64,000 nt of DNA from Octopus vulgaris (GCA_951406725.2 OX597826.1:46748001-46812000), one strand, 5' to 3'. Numbered from the stretch's first letter, positions 13,906 to 28,174 are shown. Program-made: numbers and translations. Notes: generated by a model not told the origin, from the letters alone.

Positions 13906-15896
13906 AATATCTAAATATCTAAATATAGCTATCTTTCGCTCCCTCTCTCTCTATATATATATCTATGTGCATGTGTGCGTGTGTGTGTGTGATGTTTGTT
14001 TCATTGAATTCTGTCCAGGAATGGTTAAATAGAAGACGTATTGTATAAAAGTATCTATGGTGGCTGTGTCGATTATATACTGGGAAACAGATAGATACAA
14101 ACAAGTAAATAAACCTTTTTTAAAACTTCCTACAGAAGTTGTTCGTATGTTTATCTGTAATCCCCGGAGAAGATTAAGTGAACTAATAGATTATTATGTT
14201 TGCGTTGTTAGGTGTCCCCCACCACCGCCACCACTACCCACACTGAAGAATAAACCATAAAAAAAATCAACAAAAACCAAAAATACACAATCTGTTTCCC
14301 TTTTCATAATAATCCCCCAAATTGTATGAATAGAAGATTGTATGGCGGACACAGTGTTAAAAACGGAAGTGCGATGTACTTAATAATAAATATACTCAAC
14401 TTCAAAAATTAGATTCCCATACTCCCATAATGGATAATAGAATTCACCGGTTTCAAATTACTGATTCTTGCTGGGCTTGGAGGTTTAGTTAAACCCAAAT
14501 ACAAGCGAAGATTATAAAGTTACGCTCGATTATTTATAGCATAAAGCATATCTAGTTAAGTAATTTTTTATAACCTAATCTCTATTATTTTCTTTAGAAG
14601 ATTTCCTGAATAATAATAAAAAAACCGTCAGTTTTCAAAGTATTTCCTGTTCTTTACCATTTTTCTCATCACCAACGCCATCATCATCACCACCGCCATC
14701 ATCACTTTCATCTTTCTGTACAAATTTGTTTTGTCATTTTTTTTCCCTTTTTTTTTTTTTTTGATTTATGCTTATTCTACCATGTTAAAACATTATTGAT
14801 TTTGATGAGGTCGCTTAGAACCCTGAGGGAAAAGTAAGCCTGGATGGATTTAATATGTTAAAAGAGCTGCATAGCTGACAAATGTGTGTGAATGAGAAAC
14901 TGTGGATATTGGAATAATAAGAAGTAGAGCTGTTTCATTCATAACCGGGAAACTTGAGATTTTCAATGGAAATATCCAACAAATTATGATTTTTCATAGC
15001 TTGACAAAAACCATTACCAACAAACACGAAGGCAATGAAAAGCAATGTGTGTACCCGACTTGTCGGGAAACTCTTTTTTTATTTTTGATATTTCAATGAG
15101 TCTTACCTCTGTGGTGCTTCTCTCAAATCTGCTACATCAATTAATTTTCCTTCCACTTTTACTTATTTTTTTTTTTACTCTTTTAATAGTTCCAGACAAT
15201 TGGTTGTGGCCATGCTTCAGCATCGACATTCTTATATATATATATATATATATATGTATTAAAAATCTCGGCCTTTCAAAGTGAACAAAAAGAAAGAAAA
15301 GAAAGGAGAAAATGGAAATGCTGGTGTTGAAGTTTTATCCCGGAGGTATTAATTACGTTAATGAAGAGATATTGTTTGAGTCAGAAATCAAGATTGGTAA
15401 ACCTAGGTTAGGCTAAATTTATGGGATTTTACAGTATTCTACTACCTACATGAATATAAAGCCGGTAAAGGAGCCGATATGTGGATGTTTATCCTGCTAG
15501 AAATGGCAGCTAAATCTCCTTCAAATTTCATCCTCTTACCTTAAAGTTGAATCTACCAGGTAAGCTGTGACCTTGGATTATACAACAACAACAGCAACAG
15601 AAACACCACCAACAAATAAAAGAAATATATAGAACAACAGCAAGAAATTAATAAAAAGAGAATAACCACAGCAAAAGCAGGTAAAGAAATAACAAAAAAA
15701 CAATTGTAACACAAAAATAAAAAAAAGTAATTAAGACAACGAAAACAAATAAAATCAACAACATAACTAATCAACAACAAAACAATAACATCAAATACAA
15801 GAACAACAACAGAACAAGTACATCACCACCAGCAACACCAAATACAACGCAACAACCAACACCACCACCACCATGAACAAGAGCAGCAACATCAAT

Positions 15897-16245
15897 GGAG
15901 GTGCAATGGTTAGGGCAGCGGACTCGCGGTCGGAGGATCGCAGTTTCGATTCCCAGACCGGGCGTTGTGTGTGTTTATTGAGCAAAAACACCTAAAGCTC
16001 CACGAGGCTCCGGCAAGGGGTGGTGGCGACCCCTGTTGTACTCTTTCGCTCCAACTTTCTCGCACTCTTTCTTCCTGTTTCTTATCCCCGACTTCCTACG
16101 CAACTGCTGAGCCTGGATGCACATTCATCCATCCGTCGATGCTCTCTGTGTCGGGAGTTGACTTGCTTTCTCTTTTGCGGGTCTTACGAATAGCAAAGGA
16201 CCACGTTTCGGACTTCTCCCATTCTGGGACGAAGACCGTTTCGCT
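15897..16245 (+). mobile_element. SINE with family B head and a different 3' tail
   Basis: 15897-16081 aligns to 3146-3340; 16082-16245 is unrelated to the B tail and ends in (AAC)n. Confidence 0.8.
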
Positions 16246-16606
16246 CAACAACAACAGCAGCAATATCGGCAACAACATTATAAATTACAAGAACAATACT
16301 ACAACGATATGCACAATTCAGTCCTGGATCGTATAGTGTATGTTTTTTTGGGGAGGAAGGGAGGGGGTTAGTAACATCTCTTTACGTTTTGAGTTCAAAT
16401 CCTGACAATGTCTGTCATATTGATTATTTTTCCTGGGCGATTATATTTGTACCAGTCAATAGTCTATGACTCATACTTAAATATTTGTGATGCAACAAAG
16501 ATTAATACCTTCACATCAGGGATATATATTTTTCACTTAAATAATATATTCTTTTCTACTCTGGGTACAAAGCCCTAACAATTTTCTACTTTAGGTACAA
16601 GGCCCT

Positions 16607-16611
16607 ATTAC

Positions 16612-16645
<34 letters not shown>

Positions 16646-16876
16646 TATTATTATTATTATTATTTATTATTATTATTATTATTATTTATTATTATTATTA
16701 TTATTGTTGCTGTTGTTGTTGTTATTGCTGTTGTTGTTGCTGTTGTTGTTGTTGCTGTTGTTGTTGCTGTTGTTGTTGCTGTTGTTGTTATTATTATTAT
16801 TATTATTCAGGTCATTGCCTGGAATCGAACTCGGAATCTTGGTGTTAGTAGCCCGCGCTCTTAACCACTGCGCCAT
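16607..16876 (-). mobile_element. tRNA-like head plus (AAT)n/(AAC)n tract; same cassette as in the Penelope 3' region
   Basis: Minus strand ATGGCGCAGTGGTTAAGAGCGCGGGCTACTAACACCAAGATTCCGAGTTCGATTCCAGGCAATGACCTGAAT with intact A and B boxes; matches 40035-40097. Confidence 0.8.
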
Positions 16877-16889
16877 AGAACTGTATTAC

Positions 16890-17987
16890 TGCTGATGTTG
16901 TTGGTCTGTTGTATGGGTCTGTGCAGGCAGTCCTAACGTCTGAATTGAACGTGTGGCGTGTCTCTGCCAAGTTTGTCCTCCACCTGCTAACCACAAAGCA
17001 GAAAGAACATCGCGTCGAAGTCTGTCAAGATCTCCGTCAGCGTATAACTGACGACCCATCCTTTAAGTCGAAGATTATCATCGGTTACAAGAGTTGGGAC
17101 TACGTGTGCAACCCTGAGACGAAGCAGCAATCGTCACAGTGAAAGAGCCCTTCGTATCCACGACCGAGGAAAGCACAGCAGAGCCGCAGGTCAATCAAGA
17201 GCATGCTCATCTTTTTTTTTTCGACATCCATGGTATTGGGCAATGAGAATTCGTCCTCCATGACCAGGCCATCAATAGTTTTGAAGCATTTGACGGAGAA
17301 TAGTCGGCGGAAGCGACAGGATCTGTGGAGCACGATGAACTGGATTCTTCACGACTGTCATTGAGCTCTCCTCATTGCTCCCTGTCATTTTTCCTGGTCA
17401 AGCTGCTGTAACAAATGATTGGCTGCTATCGTCATAAAACAATTACATCACGCCATATTGCCCTCATTAACCTCTCCTCTCCCTTAATTCAGCACACGTT
17501 TTTTTAATCTTACTAATTCTAATTATTTAATATTAATGGTCACGTTGTTTTTTTTATACAAGAAGCCATAATCATCATTATTACTGAGAACGACTTATAA
17601 GAATTATGAGTGAAGTAATCATGCGCCCTGTCATTGAGCTCTCTCCACTCGTGAGTTTCTTGCCACAAACAACATGGTATCGCTTCTGTACTCGCTCTGT
17701 TCGTCAGATCTAGCACCTGCAGACTTCTATCTCTTCTCTGAGGTGAAAATTCAGCTCAAAGGTTTCCGTTTTAACACCATTGTCGGGATCCAGAGTGAAT
17801 AGCAGAAGGTCCTCGACTCGCTTACGGAAAACGACTTCCAGGCTGGATTCCAAAAGTGACAGAAACGCTGGGACCAGTGTATTGCTGCACAAGGTGACTA
17901 TTTCGAAAGATATTATGTTAAAACTTAGGTAAATAAGTTATTTTTTATCAAACATAACTTGTCTGGGAAGTTTTTGAAACCACCTCG
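16890..17987 (+). mobile_element. mariner transposon remnant (decayed transposase plus 3' TIR), interrupted at 17388-17621
   Basis: Translations RVSAKFVLHLLT...NPETKQQSSQ*KSP...KSMLIFFFDI and SSDLAPADFYLF...KRWDQCIAAQGDYFE resemble mariner WVPH and YSPDLAP regions; ends TTTTTGAAACCACCTCG followed by TA. Confidence 0.9.
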
Positions 17988-18617
17988 TATCCACGATGAG
18001 GAGTAATTATAATGATTTTACATAATGAGCAAAAGTGCAATAAACCCGAGACTCAGTAGTTCTTGTGTTGTATGAGCATTTGTCGCTATAATACAATGAC
18101 GTACAGACATCTCTATGATGACCTCATTTGTAATTTCATCTACTGAATTTCTTTTGGTGATGAAAGAGTAGCGACGTGTGATGGCATAACCAACCAGTTG
18201 GAAGCATACAGAAAGTTACACCTGTAGAAGCGGACAGTATGCTACCTATGCTTGAAACCGTGAAGAACTACAACGGGAATGTACAGCCACCCGAGAGGTC
18301 ATGGACGGAAAGTCAGAAATGCCATTGAGAACGAGGACGCACAAGAAGGCGGTAATAATCCTAGGAAGATGAAGCAGTCATCGTATATTCGTAAATGCTT
18401 TTCGCCAAATAATCACACACCTCATTTAATGGCTTCTAGGAAGCTACAGTATATTGCACAAGCACTCAGTCTCGAGTACACTGCCCCTTATAGCTGAAAC
18501 GGCAGTAAGCTAATGAAGGCAATTACGTAACTCCTGTTATTTGTCATTCGTGAATTAATAAACACACCTGTATATGTGTAAACACACACACACACATACA
18601 TATACCTACATATACAT

Positions 18618-18687
<70 letters not shown>

Positions 18688-19115
18688 GTGAATAAGTTTC
18701 ATACTGAAGGTATGTTACAAAGCTTATACAGCCTCGTATCATCTTATAGTCAACAATGGATATATTCATTGTTGATTGCGTTCGTATAGCTATAAAATTG
18801 CAATTATTTGTAAAACGAAATCGTTTACTTAGATCCAAGCAAGTTCCATGATAGGAGATGAAAGAGAAATTAGTAGCAATAGCAGAGGATTCGTTTCAAT
18901 GTAGAGTTGAATATAAATAGTAAGGTAATAGTTCTTCTCTCTCTTTACTGACACCTACATATCAATTTGACTAGTTATTATTGTAGCTTTAAGTTTAGCC
19001 TAACTACTGCTGGATGTGAAGAGAAATCATTATGAGGAAAGAAACAGAATTTCACACACGAATAGTAATAGGCACAAACGTAACGTTCACATGCGTACAG
19101 ACACTCACACGGACT

Positions 19116-19147
<32 letters not shown>

Positions 19148-21213
19148 GACACATATGCAGACACTGACATATGTATACATATATTCACACTCACATAAAC
19201 ACAGACACAGATACAGACACACACACAGAAAGCTATGCATATACACAAGCATGCATTTGCAAATACATCACAAGCACTAAGTGTAGGATTAGAGGATAAA
19301 GTACAAAAAAAAAATAAATAATAAATAAATAAAACATAAAATAAATAAAACATAAAACAAAGATAAAATAAATAAATGAATAAAAAGGAAGCTATGCAAC
19401 TTATTCCAAAGTTTTATTGTGCCCACTCTTACATATCATACACTAACGATTCCACGCTTGCGGAACATGCACACACTCACAGCTACCCCGCAGCGCCACC
19501 CTACACACATACGCAAACAATACCCAAATACACATACATTCTACAGACTGACATTCATTCCTAAACACTATATATATATATATATATATATGTATATGTA
19601 TTATGTATGTATGTATGTATATGTATGCGTATATATACATGTGTTATATGTACATGTACAACGTTGCATAGAAGTAACTAGTATCTGTTAACACATCACA
19701 TAATCACGTCACTGTATACATTTGGTTGTATCCAGTTCTTCTGATAACTGATGCATGGTAATCAGAACAGAATAACCAATTGTTAGAAAACGTAAAAACA
19801 ATTATAAAAATCACTTCCCAACTACAAAAAAAAAACAACAACAACAAAAAACAAAACAAAACAAACGAAAAAGGAAAGAATAAGAAAAAAAAACATAAAG
19901 GAAGGATACAAAACAAAACAAAACAAAGAATGCATTGGAAAAATATTCTCATAAAATGACTAATGCTCTTTTGATGTTAGCTTAACAAACTGCACTTCAC
20001 CTTCCACTAGAATGGATGACCAACAGTTGCTATGGTTTCCAAAAACAATGCCAGCATCACTGTGGCACAATGTCTACAATGCATTAGTACCACGCTACCA
20101 TGCAATCTCTAGATTGGCGTCATTGTTCTTGCATGACAACGTTGTCGGTGAATCGAAATGAATCGAACCAGCAATGTGTTCAACAAACTGCAGAATCTAG
20201 TTGTTAGTGGCAGCCTATTTATTTTGTAGCCTTCTCAATCAAATCCTGCATGTTAGTCTTTTGTCTTTGCTTCTGCATCTATTTATCTCTCGCAACACCA
20301 CATACATACATACATACACCATACACATTCTTACACCTTCGTTATTCTCCATTTCTATCGCTATTTCTCTTCATCTACTTCTCTTTCTCTCTGTCTCTTC
20401 TTTTGCTTCTTTCCTTTTGGTTTCATTCATTTTCTCGTCTCAAATACAGAAAGACGGAAAAGACAATAGCGCTGCGTTAACATGGCGTCATTTTGATGTG
20501 TTTAACAAAGGTTTCGACTTCCTGTGTCTTTCTTTTGCTGTGCATGTCTTAATCACATTGTATTTGACATTAGATATTTTATCGGCCATTCCAGCCGATG
20601 CCTCGATTATCATAATTGCAAGAAATGCAACTCACAGAATTTACCACGAATCTTTGTTTTATTGTGTAAATAAAACAAAACGAAAATAGAAACAAACGAA
20701 AAAATAGAGACAAAGAGACTGATGGACGAAAAGATTGATTCAAAAGTTAACAAATGGCAGAGGTAGAATCTCATGGAATGGACAAGAAAATAGAAAAGAA
20801 ATTTTATCTTATTTTTAATTTCATTTTGTCTTTAGCAGTAGTAGTAATAGTGATAGATCATTGAGCGCTGTTAAAAGTGAAACTGATGTTTCCGTGGTGT
20901 GACAGTGATGTGACTTATGCAGTGGTGAGTTTCTGATTTCTCAATGAAGTTGGTCAGCTATTCTAACTTATCCCGTCTTTAGTTTATTTCTTTATCTATT
21001 TCTTTTTTTTTTTATCATGAATATTGTAAACAATGGTGATATCGATTATCGGTTTCCGAAGAGGTCAGTCATTGGTTCACTGAGTTTCCGATGGCGGAAA
21101 TAACAAGGAATTGTTTGTGCAAACTGAGGTTGGGTGGGTTTCAAATAAATATCACAATATACGTTTTTCGACTCACCGATTTATCGGCAGTTTTTCACTG
21201 ATACGTATATCAC

Positions 21214-21269
<56 letters not shown>

Positions 21270-22763
21270 GTACACATATACAAACACACACATGCACACA
21301 CACATATTTAGTCACATACGATGACCTTCCGCTCATTTGTCGCCACTCACAAGGCAGCGGTCAACCCGATGACGTCTTTCCACGTGACACCGAACCATGT
21401 CGTCTCAAAACAAGCGTCTTAACCATACTCCTATGTCTTACCGGAAAATTAATTATGGCTTAAGCATTTGTAAGACAGCCTCCACGGAAGTAATCGTATT
21501 TGGTGGCCTAAAACATGCACGGGCTTATTAGAAGCACCTCAATTTTTGCAGCACATATTTAGAAAAATGGTTTTAGTACATCAAAGCGTAAAACATAATC
21601 CCAAGATTATATATAAGAACCACAGTGATTTTGCAGACATTTCCTTGAGCAGAAAAAATAAGGCGCCTTATATGCCATCAGATTCGGTACTTCTTTTACG
21701 TTCAACTTTCATAAACAAATATAAATCACATATCATGCCTGGACAAAAAAATCACCGGTGCAGAAAAATTGAAGTTAACATAGAAAGTCACTGATTGCTT
21801 CGCTCATAATTCTTATAAGTCGTTCTCAGTAATAATGATAATTGTGGCTTCTTGTATAAGAAAACAACGTGACCATTAATATTAAATAATTAGAATTAGT
21901 AAGATAAAAAAAAAAACGTGTGTTGAATTAAGGGAGGGGAGAGGTTAATGAGGGCAATATGGCGTGATGTAATTGTTTTACGACGATAGCAGCCAATCAT
22001 TTGTCACAGTGGCTTGACCAGGAAAAACTTATAGCGAAATAAGTAAGACTACGTGATCGCAATAATAAATGGAAATAATAACCAAATTTCCTTTAAATTC
22101 CCAACAAAATCTTGTGTCTATATATATATATGTGTGTGTGTGAGTGTGTATTTATTTATGTAAGTGTTTGTATAAATATATATAGGATCTGTTCAGTTTG
22201 GCGCACAGATTTTTTTATAATTGCTTTTTTTTTAGCTAAACAGTTTGAAATTTCGTATCCTGGTAGAATTTCTCATGCAGAACATGGTTCACTTTGAACA
22301 TTTTTGACAAAATTTAGTATTTTAAAAGTTATTTCGTGTTAAAGTTGTATTTGGGTCATTTTAACCAATCAACGACGTGTATTCAGCTGAAGAAAGCTAC
22401 TGCTGTTTGCGATAGTAACTTCCGGGTCATCTCTACTAAATGTCACCTCTCTGTTCTTTTCGTATGTCGAGCGCAGACGATGCCATCTCTATCCTTTCTT
22501 CCTTTCTAGTCAGCACCGTGCGTTCCTTACTCCTTCCCTCCATACTGGCAAACAGCCATTTGTGCACTATCAACTAGCAACCAGCGAGCGAACTTGTCCC
22601 TGCCTCTACAATTACCGTATATATATATATATATATATATATATAATGGTATATAATACTACATTACACAACGTTGTTTTAATTACACGCGGCAAGCAAG
22701 TTAAAGTATCGTGAATGGAATGCGTATGATCAGGCCTGCAATATGAAGGTCGACCTGGAGCTA

Positions 22764-22808
<45 letters not shown>

Positions 22809-22830
22809 AACAACAACAACAACAACAACA

Positions 22831-22872
<42 letters not shown>
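22764..22872. repeat. compound trinucleotide repeat (GAC)n(AAC)n(TAC)n
   Basis: Seen directly. Confidence 0.95.
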
Positions 22873-22873
<1 letters not shown>

Positions 22874-23009
22874 AAATGGATAATTAATTAAGTACTGTGA
22901 CGCTTTATATTAAACGGCCATTTTGTGAACACAGCCCAAATTTGAGAATGAGACACGTACATCGACTGAAAAATGTAATTCAAACTCACAAGAAGAAGTA
23001 TTTAATATT

Positions 23010-23280
23010 GGTTTATCGTAACTGTGTTCGAATAATTTATTGTAACAATAAAGAAAAAGGTATATTGTTACAGTAAACAATTGATTTTTGTAGCAATGAA
23101 CAAAGTGTTTATTTCTACCCTTAAGTAAAGTAATATTCGTTGTGATAGTGAACAAACAGGTTATCGTAACAGTGAACAAACGGTTTATTATAACTTTTCC
23201 CTTTTAACAATGAACCAATAGTATGTTGTAAAAGTGAACAAGTGATTTATTATAGCAGTGAAGAAATGGTTTATTATACA
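23010..23280. repeat. degenerate ~24-26-bp minisatellite
   Basis: Recurring TT(A)TYGTAACAGTGAACAAA-like units. Confidence 0.55.
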
Positions 23281-23459
23281 AGGGAGTTAATGGGCTAATG
23301 GCTTACTGCAGCAGTGATTTGGAGCTGATTTTGAGGTAAACAACAGTAATTATTATTCTTCGCTAGTCGGCAAACAAAACCTAGGATGTAAGAACGTAGA
23401 AAAGCAAAAACATGCTACTTTGTCAAGTTAATGGTATAATTGTAAGATATCTGTAAGCT

Positions 23460-23519
23460 GGTCTCATGGTGTAATGGTTAGCACTCATGAGTTTGAATCC
23501 AGCGATCCGAGTTCAAATC
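23460..23519 (+). pseudogene. tRNA-Gln(TTG) pseudogene, truncated at the T-arm
   Basis: GGTCTCATGGTGTAATGGTTAGCACTCATGAGTTTGAATCCAGCGATCCGAGTTCAAATC closely matches the conserved metazoan tRNA-Gln; the anticodon stem is mutated and the 3' acceptor strand is replaced by SINE D. Confidence 0.85.
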
Positions 23520-23521
23520 GT

Positions 23522-23925
23522 AGGCACAGGAGTGGCTGTGTGGTAAGTAACTTGCTTACCAACCACATGGTTCCGGGTTCAGTCCCACTGTGTGACACCT
23601 TCGGCAAGTGTCTTCTATAGCCTCGGGCCGACCGAAGCCTTGTAAGAGGATTTCGTAGACGGAAACTGAAAGAAGCCCATCGTATATATGCATATTTATA
23701 TATATATATATGTGTGTGTGTGTCTGTGTTTGTCCCCCCAACATCGCTTGACAACCAATGCTGGTGTGTTTACATCCCCGTAACTTAGCGGTTCGGCAAA
23801 AGAGGCCAACAGAATAAGTACTAGGCTTACAAAGAATAAGTCTTGGGGTCGATGTGCTTGACTAGAGGCGGTGCTGCAGCATTGCTGCAGTCAAATGACT
23901 GGAACAAGTAAAAGAGTAAAAGAGT
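23522..23925 (+). mobile_element. SINE family D, full length, with internal microsatellite
   Basis: Head GGAGTGGCTGTGTGGTAAG...GGTTCAGTCCC, body GGCAAGTGTCTTCT, internal (TA)(TG), tail ending GTAAAAGAGTAAAAGAG. Confidence 0.9.
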
Positions 23926-24243
23926 AAAGAGGATCACGTTTTTCCAGTCTAAGCTAAGATTTCTCCTTTTTTTTTTACACTAGCATTACAGTCGCTCTGG
24001 ATCTCAAAAGAACGTTTTGTACTGTTTTAAAATTACGCTCCTTTACTTAAGCTTCCGATCCTTCTTTGTGATCGGTGAGTTCGTACAAAACTAAACCAAA
24101 GGTATCGAATCGTACTTGCGTTTACTGATAGCTCTTTGTTCTAACCGAGAACCACATGTCTATTTCCTCTGAGTGGGGCATCTTTAAGCATCAAAATTGT
24201 GCAAGAAAGAAAGCTAAAGGAGTTGAAAAGGAAACTAGCGTAA

Positions 24244-24378
<135 letters not shown>

Positions 24379-24923
24379 GCAAACTAATCCCTAGAAAAAG
24401 AGAAAGGTGTGCTAAATAGATGAATGATTTTGTGATTTTGTTAGGGGAAAATCTTCGCACTTGTTAGCCCAGAAATTCTTGCTGTTAATAAGGTCGGCGC
24501 CGCGGAACAACTGAACGTAAGATTCGCTTTTATCAGTTCTGTGCCTTAATCCAAGCCGCCTGTTTATGCCACAAGCGTTGAAGACTAAAACAACACCGAA
24601 AATTACAGATGTGTAAAATTTGATTATTATAAATATCGCGAAAACATATTTCTTGGACAGTTATGTCCACAAAGACGTATATATACATACACATGCATAC
24701 ATATATGCATATACATATACATACACACGCACACACACACACACAGACACACACATACACACACAGACACATGTATATACAAATATACGCAAAATGAAAG
24801 AAAATGTTTGAGGAATCTCGCGGTGTTCGCCAGAGGCTAACAGACATACAAAGGAGGATTCTAACTCATTGTAGATCTTTTACCTTGTTCTAATTCTTCT
24901 CATTAGTGAGCGCATGATGTACT

Positions 24924-25078
24924 TTCTTCTTCTTCTTCTTCTTCTTTTTCTTCTTCTTTTTCTTTTTCTCTTCTTCTTCTTCTTCTTCTTCTTCTTCTTC
25001 TTCTTCTTCTTCTTCTTCTTCTTCTTCTCCTCCTCCTCCTCCTCCTCCTCCTCCTCCTCCTCCTCCTCCTCCTCCTCT
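24924..25078. repeat. (TTC)n(CTC)n polypyrimidine microsatellite
   Basis: Seen directly. Confidence 0.95.
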
Positions 25079-25381
25079 TTGAACGGCTTTCTGTTTTAAA
25101 TTTAGCATTTCTCGTTCTATTATTTATTTGATCATATGTTGTTTCGTAGTTATCGCTTAAATAGATATGCACACGCATACACACACACATGTAGATATAT
25201 ACATAAACACATACATACACATACACATAAGCTCACACGTGTATGCGCGCGCAGGCGCTTACACATACACAAGAATGATCACAACAATTCAAGCCTACAT
25301 ACGAAGAACAGATAAGCATTTTTCGACGGTTCCTTACAATTCATGCATATATACATATAGACTTCCGCATACACAGACGCA

Positions 25382-25476
<95 letters not shown>

Positions 25477-25665
25477 TTATCTATCTCATATACGTTCATC
25501 TCATTACATATAAATGGTGGAGTATATATTACTTCCCAATCACAGTTTCGCGTGCAGTCTCACAATTTTGCGTTCGGTCTTGGGCTAGTATCTTCTACTC
25601 TAGCCATGGGCCAACAAAATCCTTGTGGGTGGATTTGGTAGACGGTAACTGAAAAATTCCCATCG

Positions 25666-25672
25666 TATATAT

Positions 25673-25741
<69 letters not shown>

Positions 25742-25898
25742 GTATGTATATATGAATTTATAAATAAGGATAATATCGATATTTGAATATTGATCTTATC
25801 AAGTGATCAGCATATATATACATATATATATATATGCATATATATATATATACACACACACACACATATATACATACATACATACATACATACATACA

Positions 25899-25986
<88 letters not shown>

Positions 25987-26010
25987 CATATATATATACG
26001 ATATATATAC

Positions 26011-26069
<59 letters not shown>

Positions 26070-26096
26070 TATATACATACATATATATATACATAC

Positions 26097-26182
<86 letters not shown>
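25666..26182. repeat. (TA)n/(TACA)n microsatellite field
   Basis: Seen directly. Confidence 0.95.
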
Positions 26183-26189
<7 letters not shown>

Positions 26190-27134
26190 TGAATAGAATA
26201 TGCACCAGGTAGGTTTGAGTAATGTCTGTAGTTCTGCAGTTTCTTACGTAATGGAGATATCAAGTAGGAAATTTCTCTTTTGTACACAGATAAAAGCAAC
26301 CCTATGAGCATTTAGCGCCTAAAGGACTTGTCCACGTTACGCGTTACTTTGAGTAGTTCGTTGTTGGTATACTCTAGGGTGTCCAGCAAGTCGTAAATTC
26401 CCCTGGTATACTATAATCAAATGGATAAATATGCACAATGGATAAGTGTCAGCTCATTACAGCAGTTTCTTACGTAATGAAGAATGAAAACATTACATTA
26501 TTATGAATGACCGTAATCATCAGATTTTACAGAACAAAGGGGTATACCAGGAATGCAACAGAATGTGCCTGTTGAGGCTGAGCTATGAAAAGGGAAATGG
26601 CCAACGATATTAGCCGTTAAAATGTAGTTCTTGATAGAGTGTAATATATCTAAGGTCAGCGTGCCGGGAGAGGAGTCTGTTAGACCAGAACAAGAGTAGA
26701 TTTGAGTGGTTTTTTGAAGATAATCTATTGTAGGGTAAGAATGGTAGTGATTAGGAGAGGTCATAAAAAACTATTAAGGGAAAAATACTTTGCGTTCAAA
26801 TACTTTAAGGACATTAAACCTTGATAATAGCCCCAAAATCTAGGCCCCATCATATTTTACCCCCTCTCACATACAAACCCTTCCGCCCTTTGATCTATCC
26901 TTTAGTTATGAGTCCTCCTAGTTTCACGTCCCCCACCTTTTATCTATATTTTATCAGAAATTTCACTGTTACTTCTTTTAACCCGGATTTGAGTTTAGAA
27001 TATAAATAGATCCAACTAAATTTCAGAAAGCATTCTGTTCGGCGCTCAGGCTTTTTTGAAAATATTATTGTTTCCTACTTAAACAGAAAATATTAACTTT
27101 AAGCATAGTAAAATATGATAGTGATTTTATATCC

Positions 27135-27330
27135 TTAGCGCGCTGGAACAAGTGCTTAGCAGGATTTTATCTGTATTTTTTATGTTCTGAGCTCAAATTA
27201 CACCGCGGTCGACATTGCCTTTCATCCTGTCGGAGTCAATGAAATAAATAACAGTTGAGCACTGGGGTCGATGTGGTCGACTTACCCACTCACCCGAAAT
27301 TGCTAGAAACTTGCCAAAATTTGAAGCCAT
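27135..27330 (+). mobile_element. older SINE family A fragment
   Basis: GTTCTGAGCTCAAATTACACCGCGGTCGACATTGCCTTTCATCC is a diverged core. Confidence 0.65.
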
Positions 27331-27380
27331 TATTTTTGTTTTTGTTAAAGACAGCGAGCTGTCAGAATCGATTACATCAA

Positions 27381-27773
27381 GGCGGTGAGCTGGCAGAAAC
27401 GTTAGCACGCCGGGTGAAATGCTTAGCGGTATTTCGTCGGCCGTTACGTTCTGAGTTCAAATTCCGCCAAGGTTGACTTTGACTTTCATCCTTTTGGGGT
27501 CGATTAAATAAGTACCAGTTACGCACTGGGGTCCATATAATCGACTTAATCCGTTTATCTGTCCTTGTTTGTCCTCTATGTGTTTAGTCCCTTGTGGGTA
27601 GTAATGAAATAGGTATTTCGTTTGTATTTACGTTCTGAGTTCAAATTCTGTTGAGGTCGACTTTGCCTTTCATCCTTTCGAAGTCGATAAATTAAGTACC
27701 TGTTACGTACTGGGGTCCATCTGATCGACTGGTCTCCTCCCCCAAAATGTCGGGCCCTTGCCTAGAGTAGAAA
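27381..27773 (+). mobile_element. SINE family A, dimeric
   Basis: 17-bp TSD AGAATCGATTACATCAA (27364-27380, 27774-27790). Confidence 0.92.
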
Positions 27774-28074
27774 AGAATCGATTACATCAACTCTGCTGCT
27801 TAAGTGGGGTTGATGCATTGGTGTTATATATGATGTTCTGGCGATCTGAAGTCCTTTTATAGCTGTACTTGTACGATGTGTAGCGTGCATATTTTTGCAA
27901 ATATGTAAAATAATTCATAATACACAGAAATTATTATTACAAGACGAAGGCTATGAAACGGCCGTAATCCAACGTATATCAAGTGGTTAAATAAATGTAT
28001 TAATCTTTCATACATCTGACGTTATATATACACATACATACATACATACATACATACATACATACATACATACA

Positions 28075-28145
<71 letters not shown>

Positions 28146-28174
28146 ATATATATATATGTTCTTTTGTTATTTCT

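Noticed and set aside
16190-16245. Two CGAAAC motifs on the minus strand of the variant SINE tail as hammerheads
   Set aside because: No CUGANGA-like core at a suitable distance.
24903-25226. Poly-Arg ORF resembling a protamine
   Set aside because: Reverse strand of the (TTC)n(CTC)n microsatellite.
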